From an uncultured delta proteobacterium (GTDB lineage Bacteria; Desulfobacterota; Binatia; UBA9968), in NCBI GenBank assembly GCA_963847445.1, contig CAWJZV010000029.1:1-28824 (forward strand): 28,824 nt of DNA, in the 5' to 3' direction. Under the pieces are notes generated by a model. That model did no database searches and was not told the origin of the DNA. It saw only the letters and a program-made list of their open reading frames with translations. Made by a program: the position numbers and the translations under genes. Below are positions 9,515 to 18,750 of this stretch, piece by piece; position 1 is the stretch's first letter; every line of letters starts with the position of its first letter.

Positions 9515-12500
9515 ATGACATGCTTAATGATGACTGCATCCTGGCTAACCCGCAGTGCCAACATAATCGTAACTATCTCGGGCTATTTCATTCTGGCGTG
9601 GCTGGTTAACTCATTAAACAGCGGATCGACTTCCGAGGCGGTGATTTGGCCGTCCGCCGGTCTGGCCCTTGCGGCATTGTTGGGTTTTGGTTATTCGGCG
9701 AGTGTTGGAGTTTTCCTCGGGTCCTTCGCGTTTAGCAGCTGGCTCGCCTGGCAAAACGATCAGCTCGCTTCCATAGCCAGTCAAGCCGGTATAGCGGCGA
9801 TGGGTCGGGCGCTTGGAGCAACTTTGCAAGCGCTGATCGGCGCGCTGCTGGTGCGCCGTTTCATAATATTGCCGAATAATTTTGACCGCGAACTCGATAT
9901 CGCGAAGTTTCTCGTCATCGCTGGGCCGTTGACGGGTCTGGTCAGCGCCAGTGGGTCCGTAACGCTGCAATGGATCACCGGCGCCGTTCCATCGAGCGAA
10001 TATTTTTCAATCTGGCTTGCCTGGTGGGTGCGCGATCTGGTCGGCAGCCTGATGATAACGCCAATTTTGCTCTTGTTCCTGGGCGAACAGCGTCTTGTGA
10101 ACTGGCGTCGCATCCTAACGGTTGGCGCGCCAGTAACTGTCCTGGCCGTGGTGGTGTGCGGCATCTTTATCTACGCGCGAGATTGGCAGAAAACCGAGAG
10201 CCAAATCGAACTTGGCAGGCAGGCGACCAGCGTCTCTGACTCTTTGCAGAATAGCTTGAGCAGCCAATTAGCGTTGCTCCAAACCATGGCCAGTTTTTAT
10301 GCCAGCGCCGATGAAGTGAGCCGTCGGGAGTTCGCCAGCTTCGTGCGCACCTTAAGCAAAGACAATCGCGGGTTGCAGGCGATCGCATGGGTGCCGCGCG
10401 TGACCAACGCGCAGCGCGCCGAGTATGAGCGCATGGCGCGCCAGGACGGCTATCCGGCGTTTGAACTCAAAGAGCGCAATTATTACGGCAAATTAATTCG
10501 CGCCGGCGTGCGCGCCGAATACTTTCCGGTTTATTTCGTCGAGCCTTACCAGGGAAACGAAGCGGTGATCGGTTTCGATCTAGGGTCGAGCCCGCCCCGT
10601 CTAGCGGCGCTGTCCTCGGCGCGAGACAACGGAGTGGCTACTGCCAGTGGCCGAGTCCAATTGATCCCAACACAGAGCGGCCAGTCTGGAGTCCTAGTTT
10701 TGCAACCTATCTACGGCGAAGGCCGGCCGCTAAGTATCGCGAACCAACGGCAGCAGAATCTGCGTGGCTTCGCTCTGGTGGTTTTAAATGTTGAAGACCT
10801 AGTTAACAGTGCAATCGGTCATCTTGGGCTGACCCATATTGACCTGAAGATCTATGACGACAACGGCGTGCCCGGCGACCAACTGCTTTTCTCTTCGGCT
10901 CGAGGCGACGAGGATGATCATTCGAATGACACCGGGTTACACTGGGTGACGACAGCTAAATTTGCCGGCCGCGACTGGCGCATCGCGATCTATCCATCGG
11001 CCTTGTCGCAACTTAAAAATGATTCTTGGCAAGCGTCAGCGGTGCTCATTTTCGGCACGGCGTTGACGACGATGTTGGGGGTGATTCTTCTGTGGACGAC
11101 CGGACGGGCGGCCAGAGTCGAAGGCTTGGTGCATGAGCGGACCGCCGATCTGGCGCGGGAGATCACCCAGCGCAAAGCCACTGATGCGAAATTACGGAGC
11201 AGCGAAACCCGCGTTCAAGCAGTGTTCGAAGCCGCGCCCAGCGGCATTTTTACCGTCGACGGTAGTGGCAATGTGGAATCGATCAATCCCGCCGGCGAAA
11301 CGATTTTTGGATACCCTGCGGCGGCTCTGATCGGCAAGCCGGCGCGCTCGTTATTCTTCGGTCCGTACCAGCGTTTGTTCGAAAGCCGCATCGGCATTTA
11401 TGAAGAATCAGGGGTGAGCGAAGTGCAGCACTCGGCGTGGGAATTGCAAGGTCAACGCTCGGACGGTTCAGTGTTTCCTCTAGAGCTGGCGCTGAGCGCG
11501 GCGCGCATAGAAGATCAGGTAATCTCCATCGGTATCGTCCACGATATATTCGAACAGAAACGCGTCCATGCGGAGTTAGCGCAAGCTAAAGAGGCGGCTG
11601 AGAGCTCCAGTCGCGCCAAAAGCGAATTTCTCGCCAGCATGAGCCATGAAATCCGCACGCCAATGAACGCGATTATCGGCATGGCGGATTTGCTCAGAGA
11701 GACATCTCTTAACTCTGAACAAACGGATTACGTCAACACCTTCGCCAACGCAGGCGAAGCGCTGCTCAGCCTGATCAACGATATTTTAGATGTGTCAAAA
11801 ATCGAAGCGGGGCAACTGGAGCTCGAACAGGTTCCATTCAGCCTCGAACCCATGATCGAGAAGCCCTTCGCCATGCTCGCTGGGCGCGCCCATAAAAAGG
11901 GGCTGGAGATCGCCTACAAGATAGCCCCCGACGTTCCCCGTGGAATCGTCGGCGACGCCACGCGGTTGGGACAAATGATCATCAATTTGATGACCAACGG
12001 GATTAAATTTACTGAAAAAGGCGAGGTAATTTTGACCGTCGCCGTCGACGCCGATAGCTCTCCGGAAAACTGTATCTTGCGCTTTTCCGTCAGCGATACT
12101 GGCATCGGTATTCCGGCGGAGAAGCTCGATATGATCTTCGAGCGCTTCACCCAAGTCGATTCGTCGACGACGCGCCGGTTTGGCGGCACCGGCCTCGGTT
12201 TGGCGATCTGTAAACAACTAGCTGCGATGATGGGCGGGCGGATTTGGGTCGAAAGCACTCTCGGTCACGGCAGTAGGTTTAGTTTTACCGCCCGCTTCGC
12301 AGTGGCGGCTGAAGCAGACTTACCAGGGCTGCCGCGGCAAAATCTTAGCGGCCTCAAAGCCATGATCGTTGACGATAACCTGACCAATTTGATGATTGAG
12401 CAGCAGATCCTGGTCTCGATGGGAATGCACGCCGGGGTGTGTGCCAGCGGTCGCGAGGGTTTAGCCGAGTTGCAGCGCGCCCATTTGCGCGGCGATCCCT

Positions 12501-13177
12501 ACGATCTGGTTTTGCTCGACCGCGAAATGCCTGAGATGGATGGCTTTACGGTCGCGCAAAATATTTCCCGCGACCCGAGCCTGGCCGGCATTAAGATTGT
12601 CATGTACGTCTCTTCTTTGGCAGCCGGCGACGTTAGCCGCATGCAAACCCTCGGCGTCGCGCGGGTGCTGATCAAGCCGGTGCGCCGGTCGATTTTGGCG
12701 GAAGCGATCACCGCGGTATTCGGCGAGCGCGGTGGCGCGAAGGCGCTAGAAGGCGCGCCTACCGTGACATCCTTGGCGCCGGCGGAAGCGCGCGCGCTGC
12801 GCATTCTCGTCGTCGACGATACCTCGGATAACCGTAATCTGATCCGGGCCTATTTGAAAAAATCTCCCTACCTGATCGACATGGCGGAAAACGGCGCGAT
12901 CGCCGTGCAAAAATTCACCGCAAGTCGCTACGATCTGGTTTTGATGGATATGCAGATGCCGGTGCTGGATGGCTACAGCGCCACCGCGGCAATTCGCGAT
13001 TGGGAAAGAGAGCATGGGGTCGTGCCGACGCCGATCGTCGCGCTTACCGCCCACGCCCTCGCCGGCGATATGGAGAAGTCGCTTGAGGCCGGTTGCACGG
13101 CCCATGTGACCAAGCCGATTAAAAAACCCAAATTGATGGAAACCATCGCACAGTTCGCAGGGGGTAAGGAGTTATGA
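9515..13177 (+). CDS. Hybrid sensor histidine kinase (MASE1-CHASE-PAS-HisKA-HATPase-REC-REC)
   Basis: IWPSAGLALA (MASE1); YFPVYFVEP...IGFDLGS (CHASE); PAS NPAGETIFGY; H-box SHEIRTPMN; N, G1 and G2 boxes; two receivers with intact Asp. The start could instead be 9527 or 9530. Confidence 0.95.
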   Translation: MTCLMMTASWLTRSANIIVTISGYFILAWLVNSLNSGSTSEAVIWPSAGLALAALLGFGYSASVGVFLGSFAFSSWLAWQNDQLASIASQAGIAAMGRALGATLQALIGALLVRRFIILPNNFDRELDIAKFLVIAGPLTGLVSASGSVTLQWITGAVPSSEYFSIWLAWWVRDLVGSLMITPILLLFLGEQRLVNWRRILTVGAPVTVLAVVVCGIFIYARDWQKTESQIELGRQATSVSDSLQNSLSSQLALLQTMASFYASADEVSRREFASFVRTLSKDNRGLQAIAWVPRVTNAQRAEYERMARQDGYPAFELKERNYYGKLIRAGVRAEYFPVYFVEPYQGNEAVIGFDLGSSPPRLAALSSARDNGVATASGRVQLIPTQSGQSGVLVLQPIYGEGRPLSIANQRQQNLRGFALVVLNVEDLVNSAIGHLGLTHIDLKIYDDNGVPGDQLLFSSARGDEDDHSNDTGLHWVTTAKFAGRDWRIAIYPSALSQLKNDSWQASAVLIFGTALTTMLGVILLWTTGRAARVEGLVHERTADLAREITQRKATDAKLRSSETRVQAVFEAAPSGIFTVDGSGNVESINPAGETIFGYPAAALIGKPARSLFFGPYQRLFESRIGIYEESGVSEVQHSAWELQGQRSDGSVFPLELALSAARIEDQVISIGIVHDIFEQKRVHAELAQAKEAAESSSRAKSEFLASMSHEIRTPMNAIIGMADLLRETSLNSEQTDYVNTFANAGEALLSLINDILDVSKIEAGQLELEQVPFSLEPMIEKPFAMLAGRAHKKGLEIAYKIAPDVPRGIVGDATRLGQMIINLMTNGIKFTEKGEVILTVAVDADSSPENCILRFSVSDTGIGIPAEKLDMIFERFTQVDSSTTRRFGGTGLGLAICKQLAAMMGGRIWVESTLGHGSRFSFTARFAVAAEADLPGLPRQNLSGLKAMIVDDNLTNLMIEQQILVSMGMHAGVCASGREGLAELQRAHLRGDPYDLVLLDREMPEMDGFTVAQNISRDPSLAGIKIVMYVSSLAAGDVSRMQTLGVARVLIKPVRRSILAEAITAVFGERGGAKALEGAPTVTSLAPAEARALRILVVDDTSDNRNLIRAYLKKSPYLIDMAENGAIAVQKFTASRYDLVLMDMQMPVLDGYSATAAIRDWEREHGVVPTPIVALTAHALAGDMEKSLEAGCTAHVTKPIKKPKLMETIAQFAGGKEL

Positions 13178-13488
13178 GTCACACCGAAGCGATCCTCGTT
13201 CGCGTCGATATAGTTCTGGAGGATTTGGTTCCACAGTTTCTCAGCAACCGACTGGGCGACATTGAGTCGATCCGTTGCGCGACGGCCAGCGGCGACTACG
13301 AAACTGTCGGCGCCTTGGGCCATGGTATGAAAGGCGCCGGCGGCGGGTTTGGTTTCGACGACATTACCGTGATCGGCGCGGCTCTGGAGCAGGCGGCAAA
13401 ACGACAGGATATCCCGGCGATCGCCGCCGAACTGGAAAAACTCGCCGATTATTTGGCGCGAGTCGAAGTAGTCTATGAAGAACTTTGA
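13174..13488 (+). CDS. Stand-alone Hpt phosphotransfer protein
   Basis: LGHGMKGAGGGFGF Hpt motif; ATGA overlap with the kinase stop; AAGGAG RBS. Confidence 0.9.
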   Translation: MSHTEAILVRVDIVLEDLVPQFLSNRLGDIESIRCATASGDYETVGALGHGMKGAGGGFGFDDITVIGAALEQAAKRQDIPAIAAELEKLADYLARVEVVYEEL

Positions 13489-13783
13489 TGCAACCCTGGT
13501 CCTGAACGTCGATGACGACAAGGATAGTCGGAAGCTCATCGAGCGCTCCCTCGCTGGTGCCGGTTATTGTGTGTTGTCGGCGGACAGCGGTGCCAGCGCG
13601 CTTTCGCTTGTGAGCGAGGCGACGCCGGACTTGATCTTGCTCGACGTCATCATGCCGGGGATGGACGGCTACGCAGTTTGTGCCGAGTTACTGCAGCCGA
13701 CGACGGCATCGATGCGATCATGCAGTTGGGCCGTAAACAGCAAGAGAGTCACTGATAGTCTAACTGGCGACAAGGGAGGATGA
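13475..13783 (+). pseudogene. Truncated response regulator receiver (internal deletion)
   Basis: VDDD...PDLILLDVIMPGMDGYAVC, then loses the conserved Thr and Lys; a shifted frame reads RVTAADDGIDAIMQLGRK, part of a second receiver. Confidence 0.75.
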
Positions 13784-14994
13784 TGATTACCATACAGGAA
13801 ACATTCGACGCTGAGTTGCTGGCCAAGCGCAATACCTCTCTGCGCGAACTGGGCGCCGATCTGGACACTATTGAGGGTTTGATTCTCGCTTTGGCAGATC
13901 CCACCGTCGCCGTGGAGCGCGGACGTAGACTGGCCCGCATCGCCCACTCCATCAAAGGTATCGCCGGCAGGTATGGCCTCGATTTGATCTCGGTGGCGGT
14001 GCATCGAATGGAAGACGATATGGCGATCCAGGATCTCGTCGATGGCGAAAACGATAAATATGTCGAGCGCATGTTAAAGCACAAGGAGCGCTTGGTGAAA
14101 TTGGTCGAGGCCTATTTCAATGATGACCAGCAGGTATTGGCCGACATGCAGCCAATCTTCGCCCGTGCCCCGGCTGCGCCGGCACTCGAGCCGGACGCTG
14201 CCGAGGCCGCGTCATGGTTCCGCGTGCTCCTGGTCGATTCCTCACGGGCGACGCTGAAGGTCTGCGTCGATGTGCTCAATGAACTAGGGGTAGAGGAAGT
14301 CGCCACCGAGCAAGACGGCTACGAAGCCCTGGGCCGGCTGCTCAAAGAGCCGTTTGACGCCGTGATCACCGCGCTCCATGTGCCGACCATTGGTGGTCAC
14401 TCGTTGATGCCGGCACTAAGAACCATCCCCGGACCCAATCAGATGACGCCGGTGATCTTGCTGACCCCGTCGGCCGCGGACCTCGATGCCAACGCGGTCC
14501 GGCCCGACTACATCGTCGAAACAAATCTCAAAATGACGCAGCGCTTGAAAAGAATCCTGAGCGAATTGAAAGACGCTGCTAGGCTTGGCGCGCCACTGGT
14601 TTGGCCGAAGATTGATCGGGTGTTGAAGAAAATCGTCTTGGTCGACGATTCGCCGACGATTCATCAATTGCTTCGGATATCGTTCAAACGCTTTAAGCAT
14701 ATCCAGATCGCCAGCTTAGAAGATCCGACGACGGCGGTGGCTTTTGTCCGTAACGAGCGGCCCGATTTAGTCTTGCTGGACTTAAACATGCCGAAGCTAA
14801 GCGGCAAGGACGTCATACGCGAGATCAAGATGAGCGCCGACCTGCAAGACATTCCGGTGGCGTTTCTAACCGCGGCTGACACTGCCGACGAGCGCGAAGA
14901 GTTGTTCGGCCTGGGCGCTTGGCAGGTTTTTAAGAAACCTTTTGTGCCGAAAACTTTCGCCGATGAATTGCTCCAAATCTATAAAGAAGCGTAG
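13780..14994 (+). CDS. Hpt - pseudo-receiver - receiver protein
   Basis: AHSIKGIAG (Hpt); REC1 FDAVITALHVP lacks the phospho-Asp; REC2 is intact (VDDS, LLDLNMP, FLTA, KPF). Confidence 0.88.
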   Translation: MMITIQETFDAELLAKRNTSLRELGADLDTIEGLILALADPTVAVERGRRLARIAHSIKGIAGRYGLDLISVAVHRMEDDMAIQDLVDGENDKYVERMLKHKERLVKLVEAYFNDDQQVLADMQPIFARAPAAPALEPDAAEAASWFRVLLVDSSRATLKVCVDVLNELGVEEVATEQDGYEALGRLLKEPFDAVITALHVPTIGGHSLMPALRTIPGPNQMTPVILLTPSAADLDANAVRPDYIVETNLKMTQRLKRILSELKDAARLGAPLVWPKIDRVLKKIVLVDDSPTIHQLLRISFKRFKHIQIASLEDPTTAVAFVRNERPDLVLLDLNMPKLSGKDVIREIKMSADLQDIPVAFLTAADTADEREELFGLGAWQVFKKPFVPKTFADELLQIYKEA

Positions 14995-15122
14995 CCGGTG
15001 CGGCGAATGCCGCCCCGCCGACCCCCAAGGCGTAACACGATACGCGCTTGCGTCCGGGCTTCCTCTTTGGATTCGTTGCGTATTGCGCGGCTATCTCGGC
15101 GGTTCCGATTTACCGCGTTAGC

Positions 15123-16127
15123 TTACAAGCCGAAGATTTTGCGAAACTCGCGCGCGTGATCGTCCAGTCCTGAGTACACCTCTTTGGGTACCGCTTTCAC
15201 CTTCAATTTGCTTTGGTCCATTTTCGCCGCCAGCGGTTTGACGTCGGTGCGCGCCGGGATGCGGCGCATCTCGCGGACCATTTCCTGGCCTTTGCGCGAA
15301 GTCGCGAAGTTGATGAGCAGCTTGGCGCCATTGGGGCTGGCTGCCTTGGCGCTGAGCGCTATGCCGCTGATGGTCGCGACGATGGGATCGAAACTTTCGA
15401 TCCAATCCACTGGCGCGCCGTCGCTCTTCATTCTTTCGATGCGGAAGTTATAGGCCCACGCCAATGGCACTTCGCCGGCGCCTACCAGTTGTGCGGTTAA
15501 GCCGTGGCCGCGGCGCCAGAGCGGGTCTTGCCTGGCGAGCTGCTGCATGTACTTGACGGTCTTTTCCCTGCCCCACACCGTCATCAATGTACCGAACCAG
15601 TCGTAGTCGGTGGAGTCCATGAGCATCTGCCCTTTCCATTTTGGCTGGAGCAGATCCTCATAACTCTTCGGCGCGTCTTTGGCGGCGAGCATCTTGGTAT
15701 TGAATGCGAGCACCAGATTGTTTACGAACACGCCGGTCCAGTAGCCCTGGGGGTCTCTGAATTGATCCATAAAAAGATCGCGATCGGGAGCGAGATAGGG
15801 CGTGATCATCTTGCGCTCGATCATTGTCGCGATCGAGCTTGTCGAGAGGACATCGAAAGCCCAGCGCCCGGCACGGGTCTCGCTCAAGATGCGGTTGACC
15901 AACTGTTCTTCGCCTAATCGAACCAGTTCCGGTTTGATAAACGGGTGCTCTTTAACAAAGGCATCGAGCAACGGCTTCGAAGTATCCACCGCCATCGAAG
16001 TGTACCAAGTGAGTTTGCCTTCCTTCTTGGCGCCGTCGATGAGGGTGGATTGGGATTGGGCATCGAGGTTGGCGGTGACCGAGAGACTGAGGATTACTGC
16101 GGCGACTAAAAGTAAATAATACTTCAT
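15123..16127 (-). CDS. Extracellular solute-binding protein (Fe/polyamine-like)
   Basis: GGGGAG RBS, signal peptide; GAKKEGKLTWYTS, APKSYEDLLQPKWKG, GAPVDW. Confidence 0.92.
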   Translation of the reverse strand: MKYYLLLVAAVILSLSVTANLDAQSQSTLIDGAKKEGKLTWYTSMAVDTSKPLLDAFVKEHPFIKPELVRLGEEQLVNRILSETRAGRWAFDVLSTSSIATMIERKMITPYLAPDRDLFMDQFRDPQGYWTGVFVNNLVLAFNTKMLAAKDAPKSYEDLLQPKWKGQMLMDSTDYDWFGTLMTVWGREKTVKYMQQLARQDPLWRRGHGLTAQLVGAGEVPLAWAYNFRIERMKSDGAPVDWIESFDPIVATISGIALSAKAASPNGAKLLINFATSRKGQEMVREMRRIPARTDVKPLAAKMDQSKLKVKAVPKEVYSGLDDHAREFRKIFGL

Positions 16128-16149
16128 GCTACTCCCCTGGTCTGCCTCC

Positions 16150-16226
16150 GGGTCGAGGATCGATGATGGAGGATGGCTCGGATTGAAGAACGCGATCTTC
16201 TATCGTCCATCCTCGATCCTCGACCC
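16150..16226. repeat. REP-like inverted repeat built of GAGGAT/ATCCTC units
   Basis: GGGTCGAGGATCGA and TCGATCCTCGACCC form a perfect 14-bp IR, extended imperfectly inward. Confidence 0.75.
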
Positions 16227-16234
16227 ATTCAGTC

Positions 16235-17356
16235 CTACGCCCTTGGATACAACGCGTCGACCATCAAACGTTTATGATGACCCGGCGTGCCGAGATATTG
16301 ATACAGCGTATGGGCGAGGACGCTGTGCGCCATCATCGGGTGGCTGTAGTCCGTGCCCGGTCCGGCCCAGACCATGTGCGCGTAGTTGGTGCCATGATAG
16401 TAGCCGTCGCTGGCGGTGGCTTTGGCCTCATGGACACCGGCGCGGGCGTCCATGCCGGTCTCTAAGCGCCAGATCGCTTCATAGGTCGCCCAGCGCGCGG
16501 TGTCCAAACAGATCGAGATATCGACGCAGTGATCTTGGACGCGTTGAAAGCGGCCGATGGGTTGGCCGAAGACCACGCGGGTGCGGGTGTACTCGCAGGT
16601 GAAGTCAAAGACTTCCTGGGTAGCGCCGACTTGGTAGGCCGACAAAATCGGCAGCGCTCTGTCGAGAGCTTGTTCCAGCGTTGCCCAGCTGGCGCCGCTC
16701 GAGCCGAGCAGGTTCTCGGTCGTGACGACGACTTGGTCGAAGCGCACTTCAAAGACCGAGACGAAAAATCCGATATGCTGAGTCACCGTGATGCCGGGGC
16801 TTTTGGCGTCGACCAGCAAGAAGACCACTTTGCCTTCCTCGCTGCGCGCGGCGCAGAGAAAGCTCGTCGCGGCGTCGGCGTCAAAGACGAAACGCTTGGT
16901 GCCGTTCATCAAATAGCCACTGGGGGTTTTGCTCAAGCGGGTTTCGACCGCTTCCGGTCCCCAGTAGGCGGACTGGTCGGCGATCGCCGGTATGACGATT
17001 GCCTTGCCGCTGCACAACGCCGGCAGCAGCGCTTTTCTTTGCGCATCGGTACAGGCTTCGAAAATCATCTGAGCGCTGAGTATTCCCGAGGTGAACAGCG
17101 GCCCCGGCACCGGCCCATGGCCCAACTGTTCGAATACCACGGCGCAGTCCATCGGCGCTAAGCCGGCGCCGCCCCATTCCTCCGGCAACATCATGCCCAA
17201 CCAGCCGAGCTCGGCGGCTTTCTTCAAAATCTCCGGTCTAAACACTTGCTTGTTTTTGTACCACTGGGTCATCTGGTGCGCCGGCACTTCGGCTTTGACG
17301 AAATCCGCCGCGACTTTTTTCAACATTTCCTGGTCTTCGGTTAAACCTAAATCCAT
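16235..17356 (-). CDS. Acyl-CoA dehydrogenase family protein (probable partner subunit)
   Basis: LTEDQEML, ELGWLG...PEEWGGAG, GTKRFV, RVVFGQPIGRFQ; AGGAG RBS. Confidence 0.9.
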   Translation of the reverse strand: MDLGLTEDQEMLKKVAADFVKAEVPAHQMTQWYKNKQVFRPEILKKAAELGWLGMMLPEEWGGAGLAPMDCAVVFEQLGHGPVPGPLFTSGILSAQMIFEACTDAQRKALLPALCSGKAIVIPAIADQSAYWGPEAVETRLSKTPSGYLMNGTKRFVFDADAATSFLCAARSEEGKVVFLLVDAKSPGITVTQHIGFFVSVFEVRFDQVVVTTENLLGSSGASWATLEQALDRALPILSAYQVGATQEVFDFTCEYTRTRVVFGQPIGRFQRVQDHCVDISICLDTARWATYEAIWRLETGMDARAGVHEAKATASDGYYHGTNYAHMVWAGPGTDYSHPMMAHSVLAHTLYQYLGTPGHHKRLMVDALYPRA

Positions 17357-17371
17357 TTCTTTTCTCCTGCG

Positions 17372-17440
17372 TTTGGAACCATATGGAACCTTGGAACGAA
17401 AACAGCTCGTGTTTCAATCGTTCCAGATGTTCCAATCGTT
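17372..17440. repeat. Short palindromic repeat of TGGAAC/GTTCCA units
   Basis: Three TGGAAC units followed by inverted GTTCCA-like units. Confidence 0.6.
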
Positions 17441-17460
17441 ATCTGTTGCCCCAGGTCCAA

Positions 17461-18676
17461 TTAATGCGTCTCCGGCGCGGTCTCTTTGGTCGGACGGCCG
17501 AGGCCGAGACGGCGGGCGAAGATCAATCGGTCGGTGTCCAATGTGCCGCCGCCATGGAGCTGGCCCGGCCCGGTGCGCACAGCGTACTCGAAGTCGATGA
17601 CTTCGTGCACCGATAGATTTTGCACCAGGGCGTCGGCGCCCATGATCGCCTGCAAGCGCTCGCCGTTGCGCAGGCGCAACATTCTCTGAAAATAACGTTG
17701 TTGCGGGCCGCCGTAGGGATGCGGTTTCTTGGCGAACCGGCACCAGTAGATCAATTGATTGAAGCGGCGCAGAGTGTTCAACTCGATGGTCATGTCGGCG
17801 ACCAGGTCGCGCACGCGCGGATCTTCGATGATCGGTTTGCCGTCGATATGGGTATTGCGGCAGTACTCGACGACGCGTTCGATCAATGGGTCGACGGCGA
17901 TGCGGCCGTCGCCGCCATGTTCCAACTCCATGTGGGTGCTGGCGACTTTCCAGCCGTTGTTCTCGCCGCCGATCAAGTATTTCGCCGGCACGCGGACGTT
18001 GTCGAAGAACACCGCGTTTTTGATGCCCATCATCAGATTCATGTGTTGAATCGTGATGCCGGGAAGATTGGCCGGGATATGCAGCCAGGCGAGATTTTCA
18101 TGGCGCTTGCCCTGGGGGTTGGTGCATACCAGCGTCCACAGGTAATCCGGCGGCAGGTGGTGGCCGACCATGACTTTTTGACCATTGACGACATAGTGAT
18201 CGCCGTCGCGGATCGCCTTGGTCTGACAGTTGGCGATGTCGCTGCCGCCATGGGGTTCGGTGAGCACCTGCCAGACGCAGATTTGCGCCTTGGTGATGGC
18301 CGGCAAGAATTCCGCCTTCTGTTCCTCCGTGCCCCAGCGGATCAACACCGGCGCGACGATGCGCGCCAGGGTGTAAAACGTGTGCGAGAGATTGAGGCCG
18401 TACTTGAACAGCTCGGTTTCCAGGACCATCTGATGATCGACGGTGAGTTCGGCGCCGCCGTATTGTTTGGGATAGAGCGGGAACAGCCAGCCCTTGGCGC
18501 CGAGTTTTTCCGCCAGGCCGCGGCGGAACTTGTACTCGTCGGCGTCCTCGCGGGTCGACCAGGAGGCCGACCAGCGCAGATGCTCATTGACCTTTAAACT
18601 GCTCGGCAAGCCATGCGCCGACCTCTTTGCGAAACTCCACTACATGAGGTGGATCTGCACTGACGTTAAAATCCAT
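17461..18676 (-). CDS. Acyl-CoA dehydrogenase family protein (probable catalytic subunit), one frameshift near 18590
   Basis: AAGGAG RBS, MDFNVSADPPHVVEFRKEVGAWLAE, then a frame change; TEPHGGSD, NGQKV, VFFDNVRVP, GGENNGW, HGGGT. Confidence 0.88.
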
Positions 18677-18693
18677 AGTTCACTCCTTTTCAG

Positions 18694-18748
18694 TCGTTCA
18701 CAGTTTCGGGTTGAAAAGACGAAACCTGTAACGCGAAACTCGTAACGA
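18694..18748. repeat. Short REP-like inverted repeat
   Basis: AGTTTCGGGTT and AACGCGAAACT (one mismatch), outer TCGTT/AACGA. Confidence 0.5.
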
Positions 18749-18750
18749 AT

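Noticed and set aside
16150-17440. Short repeated units as possible CRISPR repeats
   Set aside because: Units are 6-7 nt and mirrored, with no regular repeat-spacer period and no cas genes
17620-18597. Long antisense ORFs (also 1748-2590, 18922-19677, 24766-25518, 27849-28592)
   Set aside because: Shadow frames of well-supported genes, expected in GC-rich coding DNA
18585-18600. Programmed frameshift at TTTAAA in the ACAD 5' region
   Set aside because: No evident stimulatory structure, and similar indels occur elsewhere in the window, so a sequencing error is more parsimonious
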